A stretch of DNA of 63,514 nucleotides, filler included, from Octopus bimaculoides (Eukaryota), in assembly GCF_001194135.2 (NCBI RefSeq). It is 7 parts of 7 records of this genome, joined end to end, with 100 filler letters (N's around TTAATTAATTAA, not from the genome) between each part and the next. Parts side by side here need not be neighbours in the genome. Positions count along the whole stretch, not along the records: positions 50,911 to 54,963 come from NC_068983.1; positions 55,064 to 59,895 come from NW_026437316.1; positions 59,996 to 63,514 come from NC_068981.1; 4 more parts are not named here. One strand, written 5' to 3'. The notes beneath the pieces were generated by a model. It made no database searches. It was given only the letters and a program-made list of their open reading frames with translations, and was not told the DNA's origin. Below, one piece after another: positions 51,339 through 63,514 of the stretch (the first letter of the stretch is position 1; every line of letters begins with the position of its first letter). Made by a program: the position numbers and the translations under genes.

Positions 51339-52199
51339 CATTTTCTAGTGACTTGTCAGGACTACCAGACCGACTGGTTTCGGGCTAATTTTGTACATCC
51401 AGAATGGTGGATGCCTGTCCGCTAAAGTTAACAGTAGTTATATAGTTTTTAAAAGGTAAGTGACAACTAGTCACTGATCTTGCAACAAGCAAAGTAGCTC
51501 GTTAGAAAATCTTTATAAGAGATGAAAGTAGTAACTATACTGGAAAGTAATGTTTGTCACCACTTCAACATGGCTGTTCTAAACGAACCGTCGTTACTAC
51601 CATTTTTAACCCCAAGAAGACGCCTCCTCTAGCTGGTTATCGATACAGTCTGCATCCGATATATATTGCAAGTGTGCGTTTGATGAATATGCATATATTG
51701 ATATGCATCTTTATACATATATACTGTGTAAATATAAATGCATATAAATATACATTTGTATATGCATATATACACCTATACATATACATGTACATCTAAT
51801 ATAGGATAAAATTTTCAAAAAATTTTATCAGTGGCCAACAAATCAAAAAATACCTTTTAAGGTGAAAATTACAAACAAATTATAAATAAGGGCAAAGGGA
51901 TTTTTTTTTTTTGCCCTTATTTATAAGCATATATACATATATGTAACAGTTATCATAAGGTGCTGTGCCCAGTGCTATATTCAACCTCGCAAAACACCCT
52001 GTCCGACTGTACTCATTTTATAATGAGTGCGACTTTATTTTCACCATTGAGTATTTTTGTTAGGAAATGATTTTTTTTTTTAGTTAGCTAGGTATAAATT
52101 TATAACATTAAATTAAAATTTGCATTCATACGTCAGTACGTGTATTACGTATATACCTATATATATTTTATACGAATTTATATATCCATATATGAATTG

Positions 52200-52312
52200 C
52201 TAATTTAACCACTTCATACAACTGAAGATATTAATATGAATTCTTCCTGAGATTTCAGATGATCCATTTTGCATGCGGGTTGCTTTTTTCTCTTCCGATA
52301 GTTTACATACAC
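52200..52312 (-). CDS. Candidate terminal exon of the EGF-repeat gene (CVCKLSEEKK...CMKWLN*)
   Basis: CTAAC branch point plus CCATTTCACCAG acceptor; open in phase 1 to TAG; minus-strand AATAAA at 52034-52039. Confidence 0.35.
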
Positions 52313-52678
52313 CTGGTGAAATGGCAGTTAGTGTAGCACATATAATAATGATATGATACATTAGGTATCAAAAAATTGGTTTACTACCGAAACAGTTGTA
52401 GCATAAATTAGACTATCTATTCATCTTCATACACACACACAAACATATATATATATATATATATATANNNNNNNNNNNNNNNNNNNNNNNNNNNNNNNNN
52501 NNNNNNNNNNNNNNNNNNNNNNNNNNNNNNNNNNNNNNNNNNNNNNNNNNNNNNNNNNNNNNNNNNNNNNNNNNNNNNNNNNNNNNNNNNNNNNNNNNNN
52601 NNNNNNNNNNNNNNNNNNNNNNNNNNNNNNNNNNTACGCACATACATTTATAAACAACTTCATCGATATGCACATAAG

Positions 52679-52710
<32 letters not shown>

Positions 52711-52916
52711 GTGACAGATACACACAAACATACACACATCAGAATAAAACATATACCATCTCCAAAGTCTGTCCAAGACATCTTTTATTTACCGAACAAT
52801 TCATCCATTCATTTTATTTGTAATTAACGATTTTGAATATTGGCAAGATGCGCTTGTAATAAGTCTGTGAAAAACATGTATAACAATAAATTGATTATTT
52901 TAAGTGTTGTACTTAC

Positions 52917-53030
52917 AGACGTTACAGTAACGTCCAATATAACCAGGTCGGCATTTACACGAGAATCGATGTCCCCTCCTACGACATACACCACCGTTCT
53001 TACAAGGCCTACGGAGGCATGGATTCATCA
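52917..53030 (-). CDS. EGF-domain exon, copy 2: (L)MNPCLRRPCKNGGVCRRRGHRFSCKCRPGYIGRYCNV
   Basis: TTTTTGTTATACAG acceptor, GTAAGT donor, 114 nt phase 1-1, six cysteines in EGF spacing with the GY.G..C motif. Confidence 0.92.
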
Positions 53031-53486
53031 CTGTATAACAAAAAGCCATATTTTCCAGTTATTTTTATATTTGCAATGGAATTTTGGTGATAAAAAAACA
53101 CATGCTGACACGTAGATATATACACATTTTCACATACTCAACACACACATAATATATATATGTATTTGTGTGTATATACATATGTGTGTGTGTGTGTGTG
53201 TGTATAAATATACATATTCATATGCATAAATATACATGCATATATGTATGTGTGCGTATGTGTGTATAAAGATATATACGCGCGTATGAGTGTATCACAT
53301 ATGTGAGTGTATATACATATAAATGTAGACAGTATATCTATATCTACCAACGGTTATGTGTAATAATGTTTTTGCTTTATTGTATATTTGTTTCTTTTTA
53401 AATCGCCTCTTTGTTATTAATCTTCTATAAGAATGAAGCAGTATCCGTCATTTTGTCATTTCTATCTTCGAAGCCAAGAAGTAAAC

Positions 53487-53657
53487 AAAAGATGGAGACG
53501 GGTGTGTAAACATCAAACAGATGTATTAGTTTAACGCCCGGGAAGTGTGAAAATCTTTTACGTTTCGAGTCTACGCTCTTCGACAGAAAAGAACACAGAA
53601 ATAAACAGGGAGAGAAAATAGAAGAAGGTTTAGTGGCTAACGATCTATCATGGCGAT
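53487..53657 (-). mobile_element. Family F repeat between the duplicated units, hammerhead-like motif at 53555-53591
   Basis: UUUU-CUGUCGA-A-GAGC-GUAG-ACUC-GAAA-CG-U-A-AAAG. Confidence 0.75.
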
Positions 53658-53706
53658 ATTCGGACATACACGTATAAATGTGTCCATAGATTTGTACGTA
53701 GATAAG

Positions 53707-53760
<54 letters not shown>

Positions 53761-54081
53761 CATACATAAATACATACATACATACATACATACACACATA
53801 CATACATACATACATACATACATACATACACACACATACATACATACATACATACATACATACATACATACATAGACAAACTGACAGACACACACATACA
53901 CACATCAGAATAAAACATATACCATCCCCAAAGCCTGTCCAAGACATTTATTATTTACCGAACAATTCATCCATTCATTTTATTTGTAAATAGCGACTTT
54001 GAATATTGGCAAGATGCTTTGTAATAAGTCTGTGATAAATATATATAACAATAAATTGATTAGTTTAAGCGTTGTACTTAC

Positions 54082-54195
54082 AGACGTTACAGTAACGTCC
54101 AATATAACCAGGTCGGCATTTACACGAGAATCGATATCCCCTCCTACGACATACACCACCGTTCTTACAAGGGCTACGGAGGCATGGATTAATCA
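54082..54195 (-). CDS. EGF-domain exon, copy 1: INPCLRSPCKNGGVCRRRGYRFSCKCRPGYIGRYCNV
   Basis: Same splice signals and phase; three nucleotide differences from copy 2. Confidence 0.92.
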
Positions 54196-57100
54196 CTGTA
54201 TAACAAAAAGCCATATTTTCCGGTTATTTTATATTTGCAATGGAATTTTGGTGATAAAAAAGACAGTGCAGCCACATCTACCAACGTTTGTATGTAATAA
54301 TTTTTTTCGCTTTATTGTGTATTTGTTTCTTTTTGCATTTGCCCTCTGTTATTGATCTTCTATAAGAATGAAACAGTATCCGTCATTTTGCCATTTCTAT
54401 CTTCAAACCCCAAGAAGTAAACATGCAATAATAAGTTGTGCGAAACAAAGTCTATTTTAGCGAGATACACCTTATAACATCACCCGAGGAGACACATCTA
54501 CACCGAGAGATACACCTCAACAAGTTGTTCAGTGTCCCACCCGTGAGGAATCGATGCTAGATTGGTCGAAACGATTGTAGTGATCAATAAAGATTCTCGT
54601 ATATTCCATCTCCTGTCTATCTCGAAGGGATAAACACCTCTCTGCGAATGATCTAATAATGTAGTATCGCCTGAAGAAATGAATCCATAATGATGATCAA
54701 CCGGATGAACACGGATAATATGGACTGTACTGTACTAATCCCAAGGATACCGACTCTGATGTCAAAATCATGTAATTTGTGGAAAAGTACGTAGCGATGT
54801 ATTAAATATTTTTTTAATTCCATCCCAGAATTATTATTCTTATATTTATCCGACATTATATCGGTATAACCATGACGCAACCTCGAAACACTGACTTACT
54901 AGTCTGAGTCGTTAGACAGTAGCCGGTATAATGAAATAGGAGTTTTTTTTTTTGCATACCCCTNNNNNNNNNNNNNNNNNNNNNNNNNNNNNNNNNNNNN
55001 NNNNNNNTTAATTAATTAANNNNNNNNNNNNNNNNNNNNNNNNNNNNNNNNNNNNNNNNNNNNCCAGAATTTGGTAGGATAAAAACCAAAAACAAAATCA
55101 AGAGATTTGGTGGGGAGTACATATATTTTTTTCTGGTACTTAATTTTCAACAAAATGGATAAGGTTAACATGGAATTCTCACAGAAGGACATCCCCTTAC
55201 ACAGCAAAGAAATGTACTCTTGTTTTTTGCAAACATCCTCAAAATGACTTTCTAAAAAAGTTGATTGCAGACTACGAACCTGTTTCAAATAGCGTTGGCT
55301 ACACAGTCATTAGATTGTGGCCATGCTGGGGTACCACCTTGAAAATTTTTAGTTGAACGTATCGACCCCAGAATTTGTTTCCTTTTTACTTGTTGCCGTA
55401 ATTAGACTGCGACCATGCTGGGGCACCACCTTGAAGAATTTTTAGACGACTGTAAGGGACCTGGAATCTTTTTAAAGTCAAGTCAAAACAACGTCTGTGA
55501 TNNNNNNNNNNNNNNNNNNNNNNNNNNNNNNNNNNNNNNNNNNNNNNNNNNNNNNNNNNNNNNNNNNNNNNNNNNNNNNNNNNNNNNNNNNNNNNNNNNN
55601 NNNNNNNNNNNNNNNNNNNNNNNNNNNNNNNNNNNNNNNNNNNNNNNNNNNNNNNNNNNNNNNNNNNNNNNNNNNNNNNNNNNNNNNNNNNNNNNNNNNN
55701 NNNNNNNNNNNNNNNNNNNNNNNNNNNNNNNNNNNNNNNNNNNNNNNNNNNNNNNNNNNNNNNNNNNNNNNNNNNNNNNNNNNNNNNNNNNNNNNNNNNN
55801 NNNNNNNNNNNNNNNNNNNNNNNNNNNNNNNNNNNNNNNNNNNNNNNNNNNNNNNNNNNNNNNNNNNNNNNNNNNNNNNNNNNNNNNNNNNNNNNNNNNN
55901 NNNNNNNNNNNNNNNNNNNNNNNNNNNNNNNNNNNNNNNNNNNNNNNNNNNNNNNNNNNNNNNNNNNNNNNNNNNNNNNNNNNNNNNNNNNNNNNNNNNN
56001 NNNNNNNNNNNNNNNNNNNNNNNNNNNNNNNNNNNNNNNNNNNNNNNNNNNNNNNNNNNNNNNNNNNNNNNNNNNNNNNNNNNNNNNNNNNNNNNNNNNN
56101 NNNNNNNNNAAAAACTAACTTGATTATCTCGATTTATACTGTTTTATTTTCTTCCAGTGATGCCGTTGAAAAATTATATATAAAAAAAGAAATCTATAAG
56201 ATCCTACATCTTTACATTAACCTATTCATTTTGGTCATTCAGGGTGGTCAGGTGATTTTTTTTGCTATTCCCCATTATTGTTGGTTTCATTTTCATTGAT
56301 ATTTTACCTAATATGGCTGTAAAATAAAAGACCGCCTTAAGTTTTTGAAAATAATTTATGAATTTGTTTTCTATTAATATGTTTCGATTTAAAAAAAAAA
56401 ATATTTTTAAATGTTTGTCTTTAATCTTTTGATGTACTACAGTTTGTTATTACTTTTATTTTTGTATTGTTTTTTTTAAAGGAAGTCATTTTATCTGATG
56501 TTGCTTACCATATCATTTCCACTTTTGCAAAAATTTCACAGATGACAGTGGTTTAGAACCTATTACTGTTGCTGGTGCTGTCCTGTGACTTTTCCTTCTA
56601 GTTTTGCTAATTGTTCTTTCAGATTGTCTATATCCACCAATTTTTAAGTATCTCTGCCAAATATTAGTTATTTTAGCAGCTGTCTACTACCATAAGTACC
56701 TGACCATAAATAGGTGGATGTATAAAAAAATGTTTAAAAGTTGAAACAAACAAATAAATAAGCTCAAGGATCATAACTAATAACAATACATCTTAATTGC
56801 AATCCAAAATACCCTCTTCTTTCACAAAATGATTAGGGCCATTGCATCTGCAGGCGTAACTATAGTAAAAGTAAAGTTGTATGCTCAAAAATTGCTATCA
56901 GATAGTTTAAAGTTTAGAGAGATCAATGAAATACAAAATTTCTTCTCAAATTATGTCTTTTGAAGTGATTCTGGCACCTTTTCATTCCAATTCAAGTGAA
57001 ATATAATTTTGAAGAAAAGAAATTTTATGGAAACCAAATCCTTAATCTGTAATCCTTGATTTGCTATTTCACTCAAACTCTCAATTAAACTTTGATTAAC

Positions 57101-57288
57101 TTTGGCAGCAGGGCTACTTATTTGCCAAACACATAAGAGTAACAGGTATTCATAAAGTGCCTGTCTTAATATAACTGTAGCAGGATTAAATGAAGTGATT
57201 CTACATTGCTGTTATCAGTTCCAGCTGCCTTTTATTTTTGGAACTATTTTCATTTGCTTCGATTCAGATTTTATGTTATATTCTCAGA

Positions 57289-59768
57289 GTGTCTAAGAAT
57301 CCAAGGAAAATTCAACTATCTGGAGCTCAGAAGAGAAAAATTTCTTAAGAAAAAAGTGAAAAAAATACTGCTGTATTAGCAAAGACATGCCTTACAGAAT
57401 TTTTCTTTGCTTTGAAAAAAGAAAACTCAAGAATGAGTACCAGATGTCCATTTTGAGGAACCAGTCATACTCCTAAGTACATCTACAGAAAACAAGAAGA
57501 ATGTATTACCTCAAAATATTGAAGATGATGAACCATCATCTCCTACTGTCATGGATAGTAAAACGGCATAATGGGATCCAGACCCAGCCATGTGGTTTTC
57601 TGCCAGAGAAAAGTATTTATCCATGTTCTTTCAAACAAAATCAGCCATACGTCAAAATAAAAATGACTCCAGCTCCTATCCAGAATCTCGATGCCATTAT
57701 CAATCAGGGGAAGATAAACTGGTTGGGCACGACTGTTATTTTAAAAATTCATGAAAATGGTGAATAGCTTTTAAAAAAATGGTTCCCATACACCTCATCA
57801 AAGGGTGCAGTTTATTGCTTTTAGGGAAGCTTTTGTTAAGCCAACATGACAAGTTTTCCAACAAGGAAGGCTTTAACGATTGGAAAAAAGCAGAGGAGAA
57901 AATGAAAACACATGAATAAAGTCAAGGCCCCAGAGATTCTGTGTTGTAGTTCAACCCTTTGAGTAGGGGATCTTCTCATGTTAACAAGGAGTTGGAAAAA
58001 CAAGTCTAAGAAAAGAAGAAATACTGGACTGAAGTACTGCACTAAGCTGTGGCTCTGACAATATTTCTAGTTGAGAGAGGTCTGGCATTTAGAGGTAGTG
58101 AAGAGATTATAGGCTCTAAACACAATGGGAATTTTCCAGGAATTATGGAACTTATAGCACAATTTGATCCATTTCTAATGGGCTACTTGAAAAAATTTGG
58201 CAGTCTTGGAAGTGGCAAGCAGTCATACTTGTCACCTACCATCTACGAAGAAATTCTTCTCTTGATGGCAAAATATGTCAAGAATTATATTGTTGCAGAA
58301 CTTAAATCTGCCAAGTATTTCTCTGTTTCTGTAGATTCAACACCAGACCAGGCTCATGTTGACCAGCTAACAGTTATTGTGCATTATGTTATTCCTGGCA
58401 AGTCAATAGAAAGGTTTTTAACTTTCCTGCAAGCTGGTTCCCACAAAGCAGAAGTACTGGTTGCATCTCTCTTAGAATTCCTAAAAAAAGAGGGTATACA
58501 TTTTGAAGATTGTAGGGGACAGTCCTATGACAATGCCAGTAAAATGTCCAGTCATTATACAGGAATGCAAGCCAGATTCAAATAAAAGAATCCAGCTGCA
58601 GTTTTCATTCTCTGTGCTGCTCATTCATTGAATCTTGTTGGATAAGTTGCTGCCTCTTGCTGTGTTGAAGCTGTTAGTTTTTTTGGTTTCATACAAAGGT
58701 TATACACCATTTTTTCTGTGTCAATGCACAGATGGACAAATTTAATGAAATTGTTGAAAGGCAATAAAAAGCACTAACTTTGAAGTCCCTGTCAGAAACA
58801 TGTTGGTCACCAAGAGCTGATGCTACTGAAGACCTCGTTGATGGATACAGTTGCATCCAAAATGCCCTCAGAGATATTGAAGGCGATCTAGAACAAGCAC
58901 CTGAAGCAAGATATGAAGCTCAGACATAGGCAGACAAAATGGATTGTCTTGAAACTGCTCTGATAGCTAAGATCTGGCATGTAATTCTTGTATGGTTTAA
59001 TAGTACAAATAAAGTTTTTCAAGGAGTTGAAGTTAATTTGAATAAAGGGATTAATCTTATTGATTGTTTGGAAAGCTTTCTGAAATCGCTTAAAGATAGG
59101 TATGAAGAATTAGTGCTGGATGCCAGGAACATGTGTGGAAACACAGAGTATAAAGCAACAATAGGTAGACCAAGGAAGAGAAATAAACATGATGTAAATC
59201 CAGCATCAGCCTCTGAAGAAGTTGTCCTTTCTGCAAGAGAAAAATTCAGATACAGAACATTCAATGTCATTTTAGTTCAGTTGTCTGTTGCCTTACAAAA
59301 AAGCAATCAGTGCATGACAAATTTAAAGTCATAGCAGAATTATGTAGTTTACCTGATTCAGAAATAAGATCTGAAGCTGTGACACTCATCACTGCTTTCC
59401 CTTGTGATCTTAATGAGGTGTTCAAAGAAAAAATTGTACAGTTTGCAGTTTTTTGTAAGCTCCGGTCATGTTTTACCCCATCTCAGCAGGCACTTTTAAT
59501 CCTTAAGGAAGGGCTTGCTGAAACCTTTCCTTATGCTGATGTAGCTCTTAGAATATTTTTGAACATAATGGTCACAAATTGTTCAGGAGAGAGGTCATTC
59601 AGTAAATTGGGTCTGATAAAGAATTACCTGAGGACCACGATGACCCATGAAAGATTAAGTGAACTGTGCCTGTTGGATGTAGAGAGCAGTGTCCTAAAGA
59701 CAATACAGTTTGAAGAATTCATTAAAGATTTTTTAAATGTCAAATGCAGAAAGAAAGACTTTTTGTAG
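57289..59768 (+). pseudogene. hAT transposase pseudogene, ZMYM1/DUF4371-like
   Basis: LSGAQKRK; TTF-finger-like WFPYTSSKGAVYCF; GFNDWKK...HE; FLVERGLAFRG; FSVSVDSTPD; DCRGQSYDNAS; CAAHSLNLV; dimerisation tail TNCSGERSFSKLGLIKNYLRTTM..ERL; multiple stops and frameshifts; TIRs not found. Confidence 0.93.
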
Positions 59769-60454
59769 ATATTGAAGTAGTACATAGCAGTAAGTTGGTA
59801 AAACTTGCCGTAATTAGTTAGATGACAAAATTTTGCATGAATAGATGCGTTTAAACTTCCTCTGCTAACTTGTCAAATTCAATTACAGGCAATATNNNNN
59901 NNNNNNNNNNNNNNNNNNNNNNNNNNNNNNNNNNNNNNNTTAATTAATTAANNNNNNNNNNNNNNNNNNNNNNNNNNNNNNNNNNNNNNNNNNNNGTTGA
60001 GCCAACAAAGACCAATGGAATAAGAACTAGACTTTAAACAACACAAGTCCTGGGGTCGATCCATTCATCTAAATCCCTTTCAAGGTGGTGGCCACAGTCA
60101 AATGACTGAAACAAATAAAAGATGACAGACAGAAGATAAAAACGAGGGGAGGGGCAATAAGGAACCGAGGGCAATGTTTATTCTCCCATCCCAATATTCT
60201 CTGTGAACTGGAATTCCTGACGAACCTTCAAAGCTGGTGTCCTTTAAACGAAATAAACATCAATATTTTCCTGAAATATACAAAAAAAAAAAAGGGCCAA
60301 CCCTTTCTTTTCACATCAGAAAGATTTATTCTCCTTTCATGTCTGTTATAGAACTATTAATATTTATGGAACCAGAATTTTTCAACAATTCGGTCTTTTT
60401 CTCCGATAGATTTACTGTTGATCTCTTTAAATTCGGTATTAGTATCTATATATA

Positions 60455-60647
60455 GATGCAGGTATGGCAGTGTGGGAAGAAGTTTGTTTCCCAACCACAT
60501 GGTTCTGGGCTCAATTCCACTGCTCGGCACCTTGAGCAAGTACCTCCTACTATAGCCTCGGATCAACTACAGCATGGTGAGTGGATTTGGTTGATGGAAA
60601 CTGAAAGAAGCCCATCATATGTGTGCATATGTATGTATGTGTGTGTG

Positions 60648-60682
<35 letters not shown>

Positions 60683-60690
60683 GTATACAG
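60455..60690 (+). mobile_element. SINE family A, 5' half
   Basis: CCCAACCACATGGTTCTGGGCTCAATTCCACTGC...GGAAACTGAAAGAAGCCC(TG)n. Confidence 0.85.
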
Positions 60691-60931
60691 GGTGCGATGG
60701 ATAGATTGTTGTCATTTTATATTTTTAATTTCGTGCATGTGCATTGTTTGTTTATGACTTTGTCGACTAAAATGTATAGTAGGGTCAGTTGGGCACCATC
60801 TGTGAGATAAACAGCACCATGTTATAAAACACTCAGCCAGAAATTTGGAACTGACATGCTGTACTGTTTGGTATTCATGATGATGATGATGATGATAATA
60901 ATAATAATGATAATAATAATAATAATAATTG

Positions 60932-60983
<52 letters not shown>

Positions 60984-61246
60984 CAGTCCTTTGTACTAAA
61001 GGCACAAGGCCTGAAATTTGGTGGGAGGGGATTAGTCGATTACATCGACCCCAGTTTTTCACTGGTGCTTAATTTATCGACCCTGAAAGGATGAAAGGCA
61101 AACTTGACCTCAGCGGAATTTGAACTCAGAACGTAGCAACGGGCGCTAAGCATTCCATTCAGCATGCTAATGATTCTGCCAAGTTACCACTTTTGTAATT
61201 ACAAGACTACTGTATAATAATAATAATAATAACAATAATAATAATG

Positions 61247-61390
61247 GCATTACTTGGAACTGCACGCATATTGCGTAAAGTACTGTCTGTCTGAGGTCCT
61301 TGTTGTGACTTGACAAACAGTTCAATACCTGCGGAAGACACAATATCATCAATCAACAACCTCATGATATTGTATACTGTGTGAGGTCTA
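61247..61390 (+). mobile_element. 5'-truncated R4/Dong-like non-LTR retrotransposon end
   Basis: ALLGTARILRKVLSV* (stop 61292-61294) plus 3' UTR, with (TAA)n on both sides. Confidence 0.78.
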
Positions 61391-61406
61391 CAATAATAAC
61401 AACAAC

Positions 61407-61441
<35 letters not shown>

Positions 61442-61917
61442 TATTTCTTATTTCTTTATTGCCCATAAGTGGCTAAACATAGAGGGGACAAACAAGAACA
61501 CACAAAGGGATTGAGTCAATTACATCGATCCCAGTGCATAACTGGTATTTAATTTATCGACCCTGAAAGGATGAAAGGCAAAGTTGACCGCGGCGGAATT
61601 TGAATTCGGAATGTGAAGATGGATGAAATGCCGCCAAGCATTTTGTCTGGTGTGTTAACGATTCTGCCAGTCACCTTAATGATAATGATAATGATGGTTT
61701 CAAATTTTTCCACAAGGGCACCCATTTTGGGGGAGGGGATGAATTGATTGTATTGACCCCAGTATATCACTGGTACTTAATCTATCGACCCCCAAAAGGA
61801 TGAAAGGCAAAGTCGACCTCGGCAGAATGTAATAGAAGATGAAATACCGCCAAGCATTTCGGCCGATATGCTAACAATTCTACCAGCTCACTGCCTTAAT
61901 GAAAATGATAATAATAA

Positions 61918-62154
61918 GGTGCCTTAGGTATAGTAAAAAAAATATTCAGACAAATACATAACAAAAACACCAGGACTTACAAATATATGTAACATAGAGA
62001 AAATTGCACTACTGGGCACTGCACACATCCTATGCAAAACACTTTCAATACAGTAACCATAAGAGCATCACAGCAAACCACAGTACATACCCAAGGCACA
62101 CAGAGCTGTGCTCGGTAGTGAAGTGAAAGCATGTAAAAAAAAATAAAACTACTG
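61918..62154 (+). mobile_element. Second 5'-truncated R4/Dong-like end, different subfamily
   Basis: GALGIVKK/YSDKYITKTPGLTNICNIEKIALLGTAHILCKTLSIQ* (one frameshift in an A-run; stop 62054-62056), TAA repeats on both sides. Confidence 0.82.
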
Positions 62155-62373
62155 AATAATAATAATAATTATAATTACTTCTTTATTGCCCACAAGGGGC
62201 TAAACATAGAGGGGACAAACAAGGACAGATAAACGGATTAAGTCGATTACATCAACCCAGTGCATAGCTGGTACTTATTTAATCAACCCCAAAAGGATGA
62301 AAGGCAAAATAATAATAATAATAATAATGATGATGATGATGATGATAATGATAAAGTTGTTAAGAACACATAA

Positions 62374-62405
<32 letters not shown>

Positions 62406-62418
62406 TTTCATTCAGACA

Positions 62419-62782
62419 TAGGCGCAGGAGTGGCTGTGTGGTAAGTAGCTTGCTTACCAACCACATGGCTCCGGGTTCAGTCCCACTGCGTGGCACCTTG
62501 GGCAAGTGTCTTTTACTATAGCCTCATGCTGAACAAAGCCCTGTGAGTGGATTTGGTAGACGGAAACTGAAAGAAGCCTATCATCGTCGTCATCATCATC
62601 ACCATCATTTAACATCCGTTTTCCATGCTGGCATGGATTGGATGGTTTGACTGGGGTTTGGGAAGCCAGGAGGCTGCACCAGGCTCCAATCTGATATGGC
62701 AATGTTTCTACGGCTGGCTGCCCTTCCTAATGCCAACCACTCCAAGAGTGTAGTGGGTGCTTTTTACGAGCCACCGGCATGG

Positions 62783-62819
<37 letters not shown>

Positions 62820-63125
62820 GTATGTGTGTATATATATATATATATAAATGTATATATATATATATATAAATGTATATATATATATATAAACATATATATA
62901 TATGTATGTATGTATGTATCTGTGTGTCTGTATTTGTCCCTGTTCCTTGCTTGACAACCGATGTTGGTGTGTTTACATCCTTATAACTTAGCACTGCGAC
63001 AAAAGAGGCTGATGAAATAAGTACCAGGCTTACAAAGAATGAGTCCTGGGAGTCGATTTGTTCGACTGAAGGCGGTGCTCCAGCATGGCCGCAACCAAAC
63101 GACTGAAACGAGTAAAAGGAAGGAT
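62419..63125 (+). mobile_element. SINE family A interrupted by an antisense family B fragment (62580-62780)
   Basis: Head 62419-62580, inserted (CAT)n...CCATGCTGGCATGG...CCCTTCCTAATGCCAACC, then (TA)n and the family A tail. Confidence 0.9.
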
Positions 63126-63514
63126 GAATGAATAAAAGAATATACTCTTAGATACATTGTGACACACACCCACACACACACCCACATAATTATGCCGTTG
63201 CATACTTATCTCCCTTTTGCCATCTCCCATCTTGCTGTTAATCTAGGTCATTCCACAACATCACTTCATGGCCACAACTGAAGAAACAACAGCAATTTTA
63301 CTCTCTCTTCCTCACTTTTATTTCTTTAGTTTTCTTCACCTTCTAAACAATCAAAGGGGATTCTATGCAACTCTTTGTTTGTTTTTTTCTTATTTATTCT
63401 TCTTCTTCTTCTTCTTCTTATTATTATTATTATTATTATTATTATTTCTTTTTGGTTTATTTTTCCTTTCATTTTCTTGTTTTTAGAGAAATTATTCTTC
63501 TCCATTTTATTCTC

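Larger units (their letters stand above)
52700..54425. repeat. Tandem duplication of an exon-containing unit (about 52700-53485 and 53880-54425)
   Basis: Intronic flanks align on both sides of the EGF exon within one gap-free contig. Confidence 0.93.
60981..62308 (-). mobile_element. Cluster of four family I SINEs (about 60981-61190, 61441-61678, 61694-61898, 62176-62308) separated by (AAT)n
   Basis: AAAGGATGAAAGGCAAA occurs four times, all in the same orientation. Confidence 0.9.

Noticed and set aside
55064-55300. FQQNG...TSPYTAK as a Tc1/mariner fragment
   Set aside because: Too short and disrupted, and no TIR was found
57289-59768. Domesticated ZMYM/ZBED-type host gene
   Set aside because: Multiple in-frame stops and frameshifts indicate a dead hAT copy

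Overview
Repeat-rich, AT-rich eukaryotic draft scaffold. The SINE repertoire and very dense (TA)n/(CA)n/(GATA)n/(ATT)n microsatellites are most consistent with an octopus (coleoid cephalopod) genome; this is inference. About 7 kb is N gap, and six 100-bp gaps carry an artificial TTAATTAATTAA linker. Nearly all ORF-track entries are microsatellite, gap or SINE artefacts. Best-supported host coding signal, missed by the ORF track: two tandem 114-nt phase-1 exons on the minus strand (54082-54195, 52917-53030), each encoding a complete, strongly cationic EGF domain. Decayed transposases: maT-like Tc1/mariner (1.1-2.4 kb), mariner (11.9-12.8 kb), Helitron RepHel N-terminus (31.4-32.7 kb) and hAT (57.3-59.8 kb). 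Also present are several MITEs, two R4/Dong-like LINE 3' ends inserted in (TAA)n tracts, and many SINEs. Three unrelated short repeat families each carry a minimal type-I hammerhead-ribozyme-like motif; one of these is a TSD-flanked tRNA-headed SINE. A low-confidence spliced plus-strand signal-peptide gene may lie at 18.4-21.5 kb. Family labels A, B, C, D, F, G, H and I are my own working names.
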